From: Ylistrum balloti | Lineage: Eukaryota | Assembly: GCF_031769215.1 (NCBI RefSeq) | Contig: NW_026782083.1 | Location: 620,001 to 684,000 of the forward strand | Direction: 5' to 3' | Length of the DNA stretch: 64,000 nucleotides | In this document: one piece after another, positions 51,201 to 64,000 of the stretch | How positions within the stretch are numbered: position 1 is the stretch's first letter | Layout of the letters: the number at the start of each line of letters is the position of its first letter | The notes under the pieces: model-generated | The model's database searches: none | What the model was told of the DNA's origin: nothing | Seen by the model: the letters and a program-made list of their open reading frames with translations, nothing else | Position numbers and translations under genes: made by a program

Positions 51201-54200
51201 GAAGCTTGAAACAATAGAGCTTGGAATTAATTTAAAATTGAAAACACATTTCAGATGCTAATGATATTCAGGAATTCAAATGAAACCAAACCTATTCCAT
51301 TAATGTGTGTCAATCACTCCATGTGTGTTATTTGATTTTTTTAGCTAAACATAATCAAGATAAGGTTTCATGTCGGTGTTAATCATTCATTCAATATCAT
51401 GGCTCAAGGACATATATAATGTTTCTCGACAAGTCTGGGTCAGGATGTTTTTATCATAACTTTAACATCAAAGAAAATTGATTGACAGACAAATACATGT
51501 TTTAATTACAGCCTCATAATTCAGACAGATCGGTTGGTAATAAAAGCAGGTCCTCAATATATAAACAAATTCACATTTTAAGATCTCTCTGTACATCTTT
51601 ATTCTGATATATATAAGTAAATTTCCAGTAACAACAGTACACAGTGTTTAAATCAGGTCCTTTCCTTATTTACCATACAAATAAATCTTGCCAATTCACC
51701 TATACTGTACTTCAGTGGTATTACCAACATATGCTATTTCATTGTTCTGTAATAAGCCCACCCTAAGTCTGCGAATTGGATGTAATTTGTTAGTCTCTCA
51801 TCCTGTTGTAGGATAAATACATGAATTTATAGAAAACTTACCAATCCACAGCTGACTCTCAATATATAGTAAATGAATGGTTAAAACAGACATCATGGAT
51901 ACCTACATGAATGTATTTTACCTATTTGTCATGAATTGCCAAGATGTGCTCCAGAAACATGTGGAAAAGGACATAAAGAATAAATTAAAATGAACTTAGT
52001 TGAAAGAGAGACTCCGGGCATTGTTTAAAAAAAAAAAACCCTACCTACATACATATTGGATAATTGTTTCCATGCCAACAGCAGAATTAGGTCAAACTGT
52101 ACCATTGATCTTTGGAGTATGTGAAAGGCATTAGCGACATTTTAAGGATCAATGGACAGGCCAAACAAAAAACAACAGCAACAAAAAAACATATTTCAAA
52201 AAATGCACCAGAGATGTTTATTTTCTTAATTTAAAGACATTTTGTTGTATTGACACACTGATATCTTTCAAAAGTGAATCTGCACATAACTGGAAATCGA
52301 TACTGGCAACGGTATCACCAACAGGGGAGATAATTACTGTGCAACACTAGGGAATGGTAACGGTGTGAAGCTCAATTGAAAAGTAGAACTGCGGGACTGT
52401 AATTAGCTGAAATTCTTTTATAGACTTGGTAACTGGCCCTGTTTACTGAACGAATCAGTTTACCACAAACAACAAGACCTCTTTCCACTGGAATCCATGG
52501 AGCTACAAAAATCAATTTTTTAGGAGATCTTTTTGTAGTGGTGTATGATGTACCTAGGGAAATGACTTGGCCACAACAGACTTTCAAAGTTGGTAGGTTA
52601 TATTGGGAAAATGAGTGAATGGAATGATAAATCAAACAAATTAGTCAGAATCTTTAATAAACTCTGCCCCGTTTGAAAAGAAAAGTACAGCTTCAAAAAT
52701 GTAAACAATTGGCTTAATTGTATGTACCATAGAGTACAAAGTATACATGTCTGGTATGGGGAATGCAATAGCTTTACTCAATTATCGCCCAGATTCAATC
52801 TTGTCTTGACAGTTACAATTGCACCATTCATCACTGTGTGATGTCTATCTGTGTCTATCCCAGTAAATCTACCGACACCAGTAATCTCCTGGCTTAACAC
52901 TGTCAACACTGCTTCCTCTCACAGTCGGCCATGTCCAAAAATAAGCCAAAGGCTGTAGTAGTGAACACTTTTGTTCACTCTTACGTCCCGAAATGTCAAA
53001 TGTAAGGTGATACAACTATATGAATCCCATCATGTAATTTTAGTTCAATTAGAACATCTAAATTTTTCAACTATTGTTAAGTGTTTTTAAATCTGCCATG
53101 ATTAAATTTCAAACTTAAAATAAAATGGAACATCTGTATGTTCAAAATGATGTCATATTTTATCCTCACAATCATATATCACACATATGTGTGTATATAT
53201 GTAAATTGTATACATGGAGTAGTGTAACTTGATACAAGAGCCATCAGAGATGGGTTACGCTCTCCGATTGGGACAAAATTTAAGTATGAAAAATAACAAA
53301 GGGCAATAAAAGAGTTATGATTCTTGTGCACTGCCATCCTACTTGTTGAGACCTATCTACCTAGGAAGTTTCTTGTTCATACCTTTTATAGTTTTAGTGT
53401 AATGCTCCAGACAAAAGTATGAAAAATAAGAAAGGGCAATAACTCCTTAATTATGCAAAAGGGAATTGTGGTTCTGGTGCATATCACTCCTCCTTGTTGT
53501 GATCACTATCTACCTCATATAGTTTTTGTGTTATGCTCCGGACAACATTATGATGGACAGACAAATCCCTTCGGGGATTTTCATCTTAAAAGTTCAAAAT
53601 TCAACCAATTCATTTAATTTAGGTGATAATTATAAACTTGGTTAATTGTTAGGTATCACACCACCAAATATCTGGAAATCTCTGCTGTTATTCTGGCACC
53701 ATATTCTAAAGAATATGGTGCCAGAATAACATTGTATCATTAAATCTTGCACTAGATTCAGCTGTAGCTGACAGTAGATGCTGTATAATTCTCTATTCTC
53801 CCCCAAGTCTATTTCGTATTATGAAACCCCAGACAGCAGCTCATCAATTCCATTGCAGTTACAATTATGCAATACTCTTCTTAGTTCCTAACTTTTTCTC
53901 CTAGACCACATGGGATTTGCCTTGTTTTAACTCTATGATAAAAGCAGTGTGATGCCTATGTACTTGTATCTCTGTTAGTGATTTATTTTAAAGGACACCA
54001 ACAAGGATCAGTCCACATAACAATGACAAAACACCCTTTAGCTATTGTTACACAGTAGAACTCCCACAACCAATAAAACTATCTTGATTTGATTTCCTTG
54101 GAGGTCTCTTATCTAGAATACATTTGGATGTATATATATTTGTACTGAGAATCATGTGTGTTGCGGAAACATATATTAAACAGCAACTGTACAGAGATGT

Positions 54201-57200
54201 TCTATCATAACTTAAGGGTATATATTGACATGCTTGTTTCAGAGGTACAGAGAAAGGTTTCTGTCATACCTGTGCAGTAGACGTCGAGTCCAACCCCCTG
54301 GAATGTAACTGATCAATGTCATCTCTTGTTGCTTCAATGAATTCTCTGGAAAACACAAAATTTCATCAATTATGGTTAAGTTTTTTCTTAAAGAAATCTT
54401 ACTATCAATCAAAAAGTACTTTTTGTTTGTTTATTTTCATTGACTTTTTTCAGAACTTGACCCGTAATACTTAAACATGACAGAATAGGAAAGATATTTT
54501 TTCATCTAAATAATGTTATACGAGTTTAAAATTTCATTTAACAATTAAAAACATTCCTCCTTACGTATATAATGTAAAGCAAAGTTAGTTAGCAGTACAT
54601 GTGCCATTGGGAATCCCTTCAGACTCAGTCGCAAAGATACCATAAATTAATGTGTCACTTATCATGACTGCTATTTTGCGATCAAAGTGCACAGTTTTTG
54701 GTGAATTAAGGTCAAGTAATAAACTTTGAATTCTCAATTGATAAATTTTACAGATTAACATTTCAATTGCAAAAGTTTAAAAATGACACCATTGTCGTGA
54801 AGAATATAACAAATTATGTTATACGTAAATGAATTACTATAGAAAGAAGATACAGTATTCATATCACAAATAAGATGTAACTACCACATATAAAAGTCAT
54901 AACACTAACAACATATGGCATACTTATTCTACAATAAGCCTAATACATCACTTTCTTTGCAATCTCAAAGGGTGGGCTTATTACAGGACAATGAAATAGC
55001 TTTATTTTATGATTTGATTGAACTGAGATATTATATAAAATGGGCTTATCAGGCATGTCTCCACATTAGGGGTGGGCTTATTACAGGACAATGAAATAGC
55101 TTTATTTTATGATTTGATTGAACTGAGATATTATATAAAATGGGCTTATCAGGCATGTCTCCACATTAGGGGTGGGCTTATTACAGGTCAATGAAAGAGC
55201 TTTGTTTCATGATTTCATCGAACAGTGATGTATTTTGTAGATAAATGAATTGTCTATTACCTACATGGTATCTATAATTGACAGTTGTCTAGTACAGGGG
55301 AGTCATAACAGCAGATGCTTAATTTTATTGCTCCAAATTGATGGGTATTTTTTCCTCCAAATTTTTTAAATCTTAACACAAAAAGAATTATCAACAAAAC
55401 GAAGAAACTTCTATCATGAGACCAACACATATGCTTTATCATTGTGATTTATTAATTTTTTAAAGGCCATTTGACAGTTGGCTTTAATATTAAATATTCT
55501 CTGTTATCAGGGATGACTATTAACGTTAATACGTGATGTCTGGACATTACACCATTGTCCTGTTAGACACGTTCTAACCTCGCTGTTTACTCATGACTCA
55601 CAAGTAAGACATGTTTTATAGGATGTACACTATTTACCGTATATATCATATCAGTCAGAAAACCCAGTACTATTTACCGTATATATCATATCAGTCAGAA
55701 AACCCTGTACTATTTGCCATAAATATTATACCAGTCAGAACCCCAAATACTGTTTGCCATAAATATTATATCAGTCAGAAAACCAAGTACTATTTACTGT
55801 AAATATCATATCAGTTAGAAAACCCAGTACTATTTACCGTAAATATCATATCAGTTAGAAAACCCAGTACTATTTACCGTAAATATCATATCAGTTAGAA
55901 AACCCAGTACTATTTACCGTAAATATCATATCAGTCAGAAAACCAAGTACTATTTACCGTAAATATCATATCAGTCAGAAAACCCAGTACTATTTACTGT
56001 AAATATCATATCAGTCAGAAAACCCAGTACTATTTACTGTAAATATCATATCAGTCAGAAAACCAAGTACTATTTACTGTAAATATCATATCAGTCAGAA
56101 AACCCAGTACTATTTACTGTAAATATCATATCAGTCAGAAAACCAAGTACTATTTACTGTAAATATCATATCAGTCAGAAAACCCTAGATTATTTACCGT
56201 AAATGTTTTAGCAATATGAAAGCTCTGTACCATATATACGCTTCAGATATATTAACCATACACGTTTGATCAATCCAAAAACCCTGTACTACAAATACAC
56301 TTACTTTTACTGGAAATGTTATGTCCTTTAGAAATACCAAATGTCACTAGGGACACAAAATGGTATCCACAACAGCCAGCTACAATTATTGTCACTAGGG
56401 ACACAAAATGGTATCCACAACAGGTAGCTACAATTATTGTCACTAGGGACACAAAATGGTATCCACAACAGCCAGCTACAATTATTGTCACTAGGGACAC
56501 AAAATGGTATTCACAACAGGTAGCTACAATTATTGTCACTAGGAACACAAAATGGTATCCTCAACAGCCAGCTACAATTATTGTCACTAGGGACACAAAA
56601 TGGTATTCACAACAGGTAGTATATATAGAACACAAAATGGTATCCTCAACAGGTAGCTACAATTATTGTATGTATATATAGAGAATACCATCTTTATATG
56701 TGTATTTTATTTTTACAGTTGGCTGTGTGAACTGTTTATCATTGATATTGTCATCCATCAGAAAACCCAATAATTAGACTGGAAGGAGTGTTAAGCATTT
56801 ACGGTAAACACTGACTTCAATCAGAAAACTTATTAAAAGGTTTCTGATGGAGACATCTACTGGTCAAGGCTAACCAATCTCATTTTGTTTAAAATCTACA
56901 TATTCTAATGACTTGAAATAAACAGATCAGTCCCCAATTTCACCTTAAAATCATAAATTACACCTGCCATGTTTAATTTAGTTGACCCTCATGTCTGACA
57001 AGAAATCAATGGTTGTCAGTTTTAAATTCATTTAATCTTCTTGATGTGATCAGAAAATCAAGCTATAAATAAATTATACACCAATTCCATTAGTTCTAAT
57101 TCACTTAGATAATATCTATTAATGGTATATGATACAATGGCCAGATATTCTACTGTTAATAGAAAACATGTTCGGACACTAAACAGAATTTAGTGTTTTG

Positions 57201-60200
57201 AAAGAACTCCTCAACACTCTGATTGAATTTTTGAGCTGTTCACTTTTGTAGCTAATAAAATATATTGAATGATCAAACGATAAGATGAAATGAATATCCT
57301 ATACAAGTTTTATTTTAAATCAGTTTTAGAAATTCCAGACTCTTTGATCATACCATGTGTATCAGGTTTACAGTAAAATGTCTCTATTGATTAATCATAG
57401 CTGGTATATCCTTTAACATATTTTGGTGTTACGGGCCTGTAAGTTTATCATATATCAAAATTAGTTTATCAACATATATCATATGTCAAAATTACAAAAA
57501 TGATATTTAGTTTTATATAATTTGGTCTCTCAGATATGTCTGATTCTAGTTTCAAACTTGGGAGAGATAATGGAAGAATTTAGCTGAGCAATTAAAAAAA
57601 AAAAACAGAGTCTGATAACCAATCTATGCCATATGTTAAGACAAGTATTTTTTCTACCATAAATTACATAAACATTTGATTTCAGAACATTCCAAGCTCT
57701 ACAACAAAATAAGACTGTGGTTTACAGTTTATGCTTCAATCTCAAGGCAAGTTCTGTATAGTAATTCTTTCGTCTCCTTATATGGATAATATGAAAACCT
57801 GACAAGTGAAGCATCTGCCATCCTATAAGTACCTGCATACATAAACTATTGGAGGTGATATACAATGATGTACAGTACCCGTAGGTGTCTAATCCTAACA
57901 AGCCAAGGGCCTACTTTTCTTCCCATAGTTATCACTATAAAATAGAAAAGAAATCGGAGATAAAGGATACCGTAGGTAGAGCTCATGTAGACAAACAGGT
58001 GTAAACTGCACCTTAAAGACAAGTTTGTGTTGGTGACAAAAGGATGACACCGCAATAATTTACTTGTATGGTAGACATCTTCCTCGGACGGTCTGAAGTG
58101 TAAATCACACCGTCTCGTATTTGCAGTTTTCATCCTGGACAGGAAGACAAACGTGGGCCTTATCATTTCGATTTAGGAGTAAAAACTAGCAGTTGTCAAT
58201 TGACAGAGGAATTGTAATTTGCTGTCTGACATTTTAGTCTCAAATTTGACCTTCTAATGTCCTTGTGGTTGGCTGTTCATAAATACAACCCTATAGTCCC
58301 ATGATGATACACAGACCTTTTTATAAAAATAATAACAAAGGTTCTATCAATATTTTCCTCATCAATTTGGAAACCTGAAACATCAGAGCCAGTATAAGAA
58401 CAAAAATATACTTTGAATATTTCATTTATACTGATCAATGATTTCTAGTTGGTGGTTGATAAGCAGAGGTCATCAAGTGACCTTGTAAGTTTCAACCTGA
58501 CCAAAACAACCAGTGATAGTAATACAATACCATCACATAACCGATATGTAACAATTGCAGTATCTCTCAATATAATGTTACGAGGAAATATTTGATGAAA
58601 TCAAAAATTCATAGCACTTGGAAAACAGACTGGGTTTCCCTGTAATATTTCTCACCAAAGTAGTCAAATAGCATTTCTTCATTGGCTTCAAACACTTCCT
58701 ATCTTCTGCTGATCCTATTACACTTTCATGAAACAAAGATTTACATAAATAATCCTGCATGTGCAATATAGAAACTAGACTTGTTTGATGCTTTTTAGTT
58801 TGCCTGTTGTTTCCATTGTTCTCATTTGAGAACCTGACATTACGCACATGGATTGGAAAAGGTTCACATGGCAGGTATTGTTGATGAAGCAGAAGATGCT
58901 TACTCTTTCCCAACACCTGGTCTTATTCTCCTTGTCTTTTTGTGTACAAATATATCTTTTGTTAATAATCTGTCCTAGTTTTATCAAATTCAATTTTAGA
59001 TTATGATTCTGTTTATATAAAATAATATGTATGATATTTTCTTGATTCTGTTCATATTTTATAATAAATATGGTATTTTCTTGATGTTGTTTATATAAAG
59101 TATAAACATAACATACAAAATTAACCTAGAAACTGATTCTGGTCTAAAATCTCATCTAGATAAATGTTTTGAGCTGTACTTTAACAATTACAACACTTTT
59201 TTGTTACTAATATAGAGGTAGTACATTGCTATTTACAGTGGAGGCTGCAGGTTTTACAGTGTGGACATTACATGTAAGAATGAGAATTTCTTTGAGGTGT
59301 ACAGCTCAGCCAAACAGTTGGTTAATAATTAATTGTCCATTCTGTAGAAAGAAGAGGTGTTTTATCTGTACAGGACAGGATGGTATAAACTGATCACGCA
59401 ATGGAAAACACACACAACTCTATGTTGTAGGAGTAAACTAAATGTTTCTGTCTGCTAGCAGTAAACTAATTCATTGACTTTAGCAAGTCTACCTGCCCTT
59501 GACAGTGCATCCTGTACAGTACAGTAGTCTGAATGTCAATGTATAATTCTATATCTATTATAGTTAAAATTGCCATGCTGTCAAATAGGTGATGTAAAAC
59601 TTCACGTGTATACATTTACATAGTGTTTATAAATACATTTCATCTAAAATTTGTTTTATACAACTCCTAAAACAATGTAATGTGTAATTGATGCTGAATT
59701 TCAAAACTGATTTCAGAAATTCTTATCAAATTTTTAAGAAACACAAGTAACCAATTCCAAAACAACACATGTGGTTCACAGTGTAGCAATTCCTTATCTT
59801 CATTTAGTCTTGTAAGAACCTCTCTTCTACTAGTCAGAACCTCTCCTCTACTCAACAGAACCTCTCCTCTACTCATCAGAACCTCTCCTCAGAACTTCTC
59901 CTCTACTCATCAGAACCTCTCCTCTACTCGTCAGAACCTCTCCTCTACTCGTCAGAACCTCTCCTCTACTCGTCAGAACCTCTCCTCTACTCAACAGAAC
60001 CTCTTCTCTACTCATCAGAACCTCTCCTCTACTCAACAGAACCTTTCCTCAGAACCTCTCCTCTACTCATCAGAACCTCTCCTCTACTCATCAGAACCTC
60101 TCCTCTACTCATCAGAACCTCTCCTCTACTCAACAGAACCTCTCCTCTACTCATCAGAACCTCTCCTCTACTCATCAGAACCTCTCCTCTACTCCTCAGA

Positions 60201-62878
60201 ACCTCTCCTCTACTCAACAGAACCTTTCCTCAGAACCTCTCCTCTACTCATCAGAACCTCTCCTCTACTCATCAGAACCTCTCCAACCTCTCCTCTACTC
60301 GTCAGAACCTCTCCTCTACTCGTCAGAACCTCTCCTCTACTCATCAGAACCTCTCCTCTACTCGTCAGAACCTCTCCTCTACTCATCAGAACCTCTCCAA
60401 CCTCTCCTCTACTCAACAGAACCTCTCCTCTACTCATCAGAACCTCTCCTCTACTCAACAGAACCTTTCCTCAGAACCTCTCCTCTACTCATCAGAACCT
60501 CTCCTCTACTCATCAGAACCTCTCCTCTACTCGTCACAACCTCTCCTCTACTCATCAGAACCTCTCCTCTACTCAACAGAACCTTTCCTCAGAACCTCTC
60601 CTCTACTCATCAGAACCTCTCCTCTACTCAACAGAACCTTTCCTCAGAACCTCTCCTCTACTCATCAGAACCTCTCCTCTACTCAACAGAACCTTTCCTC
60701 AGAACCTCTCCTCTACTCATCAGAACCTCTCCTCTACTCATCAGAACCTCTCCTCTATGCTTGTAACATAATCTCACTGATCTATGATTATTCCTTGTTT
60801 TACAGAAAAGAATATTTATAATTATAAATAAAATTCCAGTAACTCTTCTCAAAATCCTTCATGATCAATATCAAAGGTAAAGGACTCAATCAACAGTACA
60901 CTGTTTCACTTGGTTAAGTTAAGTCTATATAAGACTTACCAGTATTTATCTAACAGTCCAATAGGACATTTGTTGTCATGGTCAATAGGTGACCTACTTT
61001 ATGGTCACTTTTGACCACTAATCACAATGACCTCAGGCCTGAGTCAGTATGAAATTTTGTTTACAGGGGTTTCTGATTCATAAGTAGACAAGGATGAGTT
61101 GACTATATATGATATCTACATGGGTTGTTTATCAGTCAAATACGTGACAAAATATTATGGGACATTTACTTCTAGATAAATCTTGTTATAAGTATCTGTA
61201 ATTCAATAGTTTTACTATTTTACTTGATTCTTTACGTTTTAGAAATACTTGAGGTTTTTGAAGTGGCAGTCACCAAGCAAACAGATGCCATTAATTAATT
61301 AAATTATCAGATATATGGAAATTCTAAAATTGATTGAATTATGGGGCTGGTGTTCCTCCCCATCTAAGGTTTGACTTTTCTTTTTGGATTTTCCTCATCT
61401 GCCTCCTATGTTTAGCATCACTGATGAGTCTTAAAAGGACGAAACAGTTGTATGATGCCGTTTAAATCATTGTTAGGCTCTACTGTCTGTAAATCTTAAA
61501 ATTTGTATGAATAGGTTCTAATCACTTGTGTATCTTGTACAATCATAGCATTTAATTAATGTATTTGTGAGATTTTTATCAGATGCCCCTTAAAACTGCA
61601 TTTTTAATGAGATTGCAAATAATTATTAGTGTAAACTAAGTATTGATATATGTGAAATAAATTGTATTTAAGAAAAATGTTATGATACTTCAGGGTGGGG
61701 TTGTGATCATCCCCAAATCAATGGTATTTTTGATGATTTACTGGTGGAAACAAAGTTAAAGAAAAAATTTCACTTAGACCTGAAAAACATTTTTTTGTTT
61801 TATCTTACAATCCATATCCGGTTAAACTCTTATTTATTTATTTTTTTATTTGCTTTGTTTTTTTTTCTCCCTCTCTACCATGACCATTATTATCTAAAAG
61901 ATTTTTTTTTGCTTACTGAATGCCTGATTCCAGAAATCAATATGTCCATGTTTTTGGACTGAATCTGTCTTTAACCATCAAAGTTCTACAAATGTCAGAA
62001 AGCTAGTAGAAAGCCATAGCAACAGGCCAGTCAGCAATAACTGCTATCATGTTCCAGCAGATATTCTTCAATTATAATACACATCAAGTGTCTGTAGCCC
62101 AGGGAGGGTGATAAAAGTAACAGAAGCCAACCTGCCACTCCAAACATGGATATACTTATTGAAATTAATGATTGGGTGAAGCTATTTATATCTTTCCTTT
62201 TATATATCAAATTATGTCTGTAGATATTAAAATAATAGATCAGACATTTTCAATTCTAACTCCACTTTAATGCTACAAAAAATGCTATCAAAATATCCTG
62301 CCAAAACTTTTCTGTTTAACATCTGATGATTACGACCAATAAGTACCTAATATTCACATCAGAAAAAGACATCGGTTTACATATGAGGGTGAATTCTTGG
62401 ACAGACTCCTTCCTTCCCAACAGAAGATTACGTGGATAATGTTTGAATTCCTGAGTAATGAAAACTGAGAAATTAACATTATTGGTAGACATGTGAAATT
62501 GACTGTGTATTGAGATATTTACCTTACTCCTCTCCTTACGCTGTCAAACATCAGGAATGCCCGATTTGGACGTGGGACCTTTGGAACTTTTGGGGACTTT
62601 CTTGAGCTGCCCCCTAGGCTTGTCCTTGAAGCTTGTGGGGACTTGGCCCATCCCCGCCCTCGTAATGTCTCACCAAGGACTGGGGTGGAGCCAGAAGGAG
62701 AGCCCAAGGCCGGGGCTGAGCGTGTCGACATTCCACCAAAGGATTGGCTCCGATATACACTGGCTCCCTTACTAGAGGGAGGTAACTCTACGGTTGGACC
62801 CCTTGGGATCTGGAAATTATTGTTAATGTTCTCCAAGAGGACATGATTTTCTGTTTGATAAGGGTCCTTCCTGGTCAT
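36262..62878 (-). CDS. RIPOR: Rho family-interacting cell polarization regulator (RIPOR/FAM65), about 968 aa, 21 coding exons
   Basis: Exons (descending): 62878(acceptor 62889)-62523, 54345-54270, 50723-50700, 45984-45931, 44927-44879, 42871-42777, 42549-42486, 42159-41990, 41688-41543, 41183-41075, 40791-40249, 40002-39884, 39739-39529, 39248-39119, 38629-38471, 38277-38128, 37851-37702, 37517-37471, 37144-37061, 36555-36462, 36338-36262. All AG/GT and phase-consistent, total 2907 nt. Family motifs RSQSFGG, QIKAAERYMKRLEFHLSK, GMAGFARLCPGD, SIESALEAFDFLN, HLVYCERLL, C-terminal HEAT-like repeats. An extra upstream coding exon is possible. Confidence 0.95.
36625..37060 (-). repeat. 40-41-bp minisatellite (about 10 copies) filling most of a RIPOR intron, starting at the splice donor
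   Basis: Plus-strand unit caggtgtcaaccaacagtaccttaaagtatctacagtatca. On minus the first unit begins with the donor GTAAGATACTG (37060); later units read TTTAAGATACTG or TTTAAGGTACTG. Confidence 0.92.
48245..49110. repeat. 45-46-bp intronic minisatellite (about 19 copies)
   Basis: Unit acaggacaacttcccatgtgtctgcctgactctctactacatcaca. Confidence 0.95.
53232..53580 (+). mobile_element. Non-autonomous element with ACAAGAG start, duplicated aaagggcaataa module and ggacagaca/hairpin end
   Basis: acaagagccatc..., two aaagtatgaaaaataa.aaagggcaataa modules, ending gatggacagacaAATCCCttcGGGGATT. Confidence 0.6.
54969..55215. repeat. 100-bp tandem repeat (about 2.4 copies); 32-bp inverted copy at 51733-51764
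   Basis: ggtgggcttatt at 54971, 55071 and 55171. gctatttcattgttctgtaataagcccaccct at 51733-51764 is the reverse complement of 54969-55000 with one mismatch. Confidence 0.9.
55625..56205. repeat. 40-bp intronic minisatellite (about 14 copies)
   Basis: Unit cagtactatttaccgtaaatatcatatcagtcagaaaacc. Confidence 0.95.
56338..56670. repeat. 48-bp intronic minisatellite (about 7 copies)
   Basis: Unit gtcactagggacacaaaatggtatccacaacagccagctacaattatt, with alternating cagcc/caggt variants. Confidence 0.95.
59812..60757. repeat. 21-bp pyrimidine-rich minisatellite (about 45 copies) with recurring short variants
   Basis: Unit cagaacctctcctctact(cat/cgt/caa), interrupted repeatedly by cagaacctttcct and aacctctcc partial units. 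Confidence 0.95.
61415..61458 (+). ncRNA. Type I hammerhead ribozyme (minimal, short stem III)
   Basis: GCATCA-CTGATGA-GTCTTAAAAGGAC-GAAA-C AGTT G-TA-TGATGC. Perfect 6-bp stem I (61415-20 with 61453-58), complete CUGAUGA/GAAA core, stem II GUC/GAC, GUA triplet with predicted cut after 61452. Confidence 0.88.
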
Positions 62879-62974
62879 GGAGAAGGGATCTACAACAGAC
62901 AGTAAAATTAATGATTAAATGTAACCAGTGAAAAAGTGTAGATAAAGAACAAATAAACGTAAAATGGAAACTTA

Positions 62975-63875
62975 ATACTCTGAACCCCTGTGTTACACAC
63001 CTGATACAGGTAGATACCCCTTAACCCCTGTGTTACACACCTGATACAGGTAGATACTCCTTAACCCCTGTGTTACACACCTGATACAGGTAGATACCCC
63101 TTAACCCCTGTGTTACACACAGATACAGGTAGATACTCCTCAACCTCTGTGTTACACACAGATACAGGTAGATACTCCTCAACCTCTGTGTTACACACAG
63201 ATACAGGTAGATACTCCTCAACCTCTGTGTTACACACCTGATACAGGTAGATACCCCTCAACCTCTGTGTTACACACAGATACAGGTAGATACTCCTCAA
63301 CCCCTGTGTTACACACAGATACAGGTAGATACTCCTCAACCCCTGTGTTACACACCTGATACAGGTAGATACCCCTTAACCCCTGTGTTACACACAGATA
63401 CAGGTAGATACTCCTCAACCTCTGTGTTACACACAGATACAGGTAGATACTCCTCAACCTCTGTGTTACACACCTGATACAGGTAGATACTCCTCAACCT
63501 CTGTGTTACACACAGATACAGGTAGATACCCCTTAACCTCTGTGTTACACACCTGATACAGGTAGATACTCCTCAACCTCTGTGTTACACACCTGATACA
63601 GGTAGATACTCCTCAACCTCTGTGTTACACACCTGATACAGGTAGATACCCCTTAACATCTGTGTTACACACCTGATACAGGTAGATACTCCTCAACCTC
63701 TGTGTTACACACCTGATACAGGTAGATACCCCTTAACCCCTGTGTTACACACCTGATACAGGTAGATACTCCTCAACCTCTGTGTTACACACCTGATACA
63801 GGTAGATACTCCTCAACCTCTGTGTTACACACCTGATACAGGTAGATACCCCTAAGTCTGTGTGTAATACACACC
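62975..63875. repeat. 38-40-bp minisatellite (about 23 copies) starting about 85 nt upstream of the first RIPOR acceptor
   Basis: Unit ctgatacaggtagataccccttaacccctgtgttacacac, with 38-bp (acag) variants. Confidence 0.95.
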
Positions 63876-64000
63876 TGATTCAGACAGATATTGGCTAACT
63901 TCTGTAGTTCAGTGAATTCAAATTTCAATTCTGTTCTGACCAATATGGGCAATGCAGCATGTACTTGTGTAAACATCAATAATATCTTTCAAGTCTGTGG

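Noticed and set aside
51733-55000. Terminal inverted repeats of a single DNA transposon
   Set aside because: The interval contains a required RIPOR exon, no transposase is present and no target-site duplication is seen.
59812-60757. Tandem hammerheads (CTGATGAG recurs on minus) or SRGEVLM repeat protein
   Set aside because: No stem II, GAAA or NUH follows the motif, and the ORFs are repeat translations.

Overview
AT-rich, intron-rich animal DNA. The repeat families suggest a bivalve mollusc, but that is inference. I reconstructed three genes by hand from splice sites and reading frames. (1) The 3' end of an SLC1A (EAAT-like) transporter, paralog A, on + (last exon 3798-3933). (2) A nearly complete tandem paralog B on + (11 exons, 19436-26996, start exon not located). 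(3) A 21-exon RIPOR/FAM65 gene on - (62878-36262, about 968 aa) that includes a 24-nt microexon. Between and inside them are a decayed Penelope-like element split in two, a 5'-truncated L2/CR1-type LINE, two older LINE remnants, non-autonomous Helitron-like elements, an unidentified spliced pseudogene and about ten intronic minisatellites. Three things stand out. First, paralog B keeps the substrate-binding D/R/N of TM8 but has lost the canonical Na+ and H+ coupling residues (NMDGT to CRAGS; Na1 Asp to Met in both paralogs). Second, a 51-bp minisatellite built from the exon-10 end plus its GTAAGT splice donor has about 3 copies in B and at least about 50 in A. Third, there is an intact type I hammerhead ribozyme at 61415-61458. 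Most ORFs in the supplied track are repeat translations or noise. No alignments or database searches were run.
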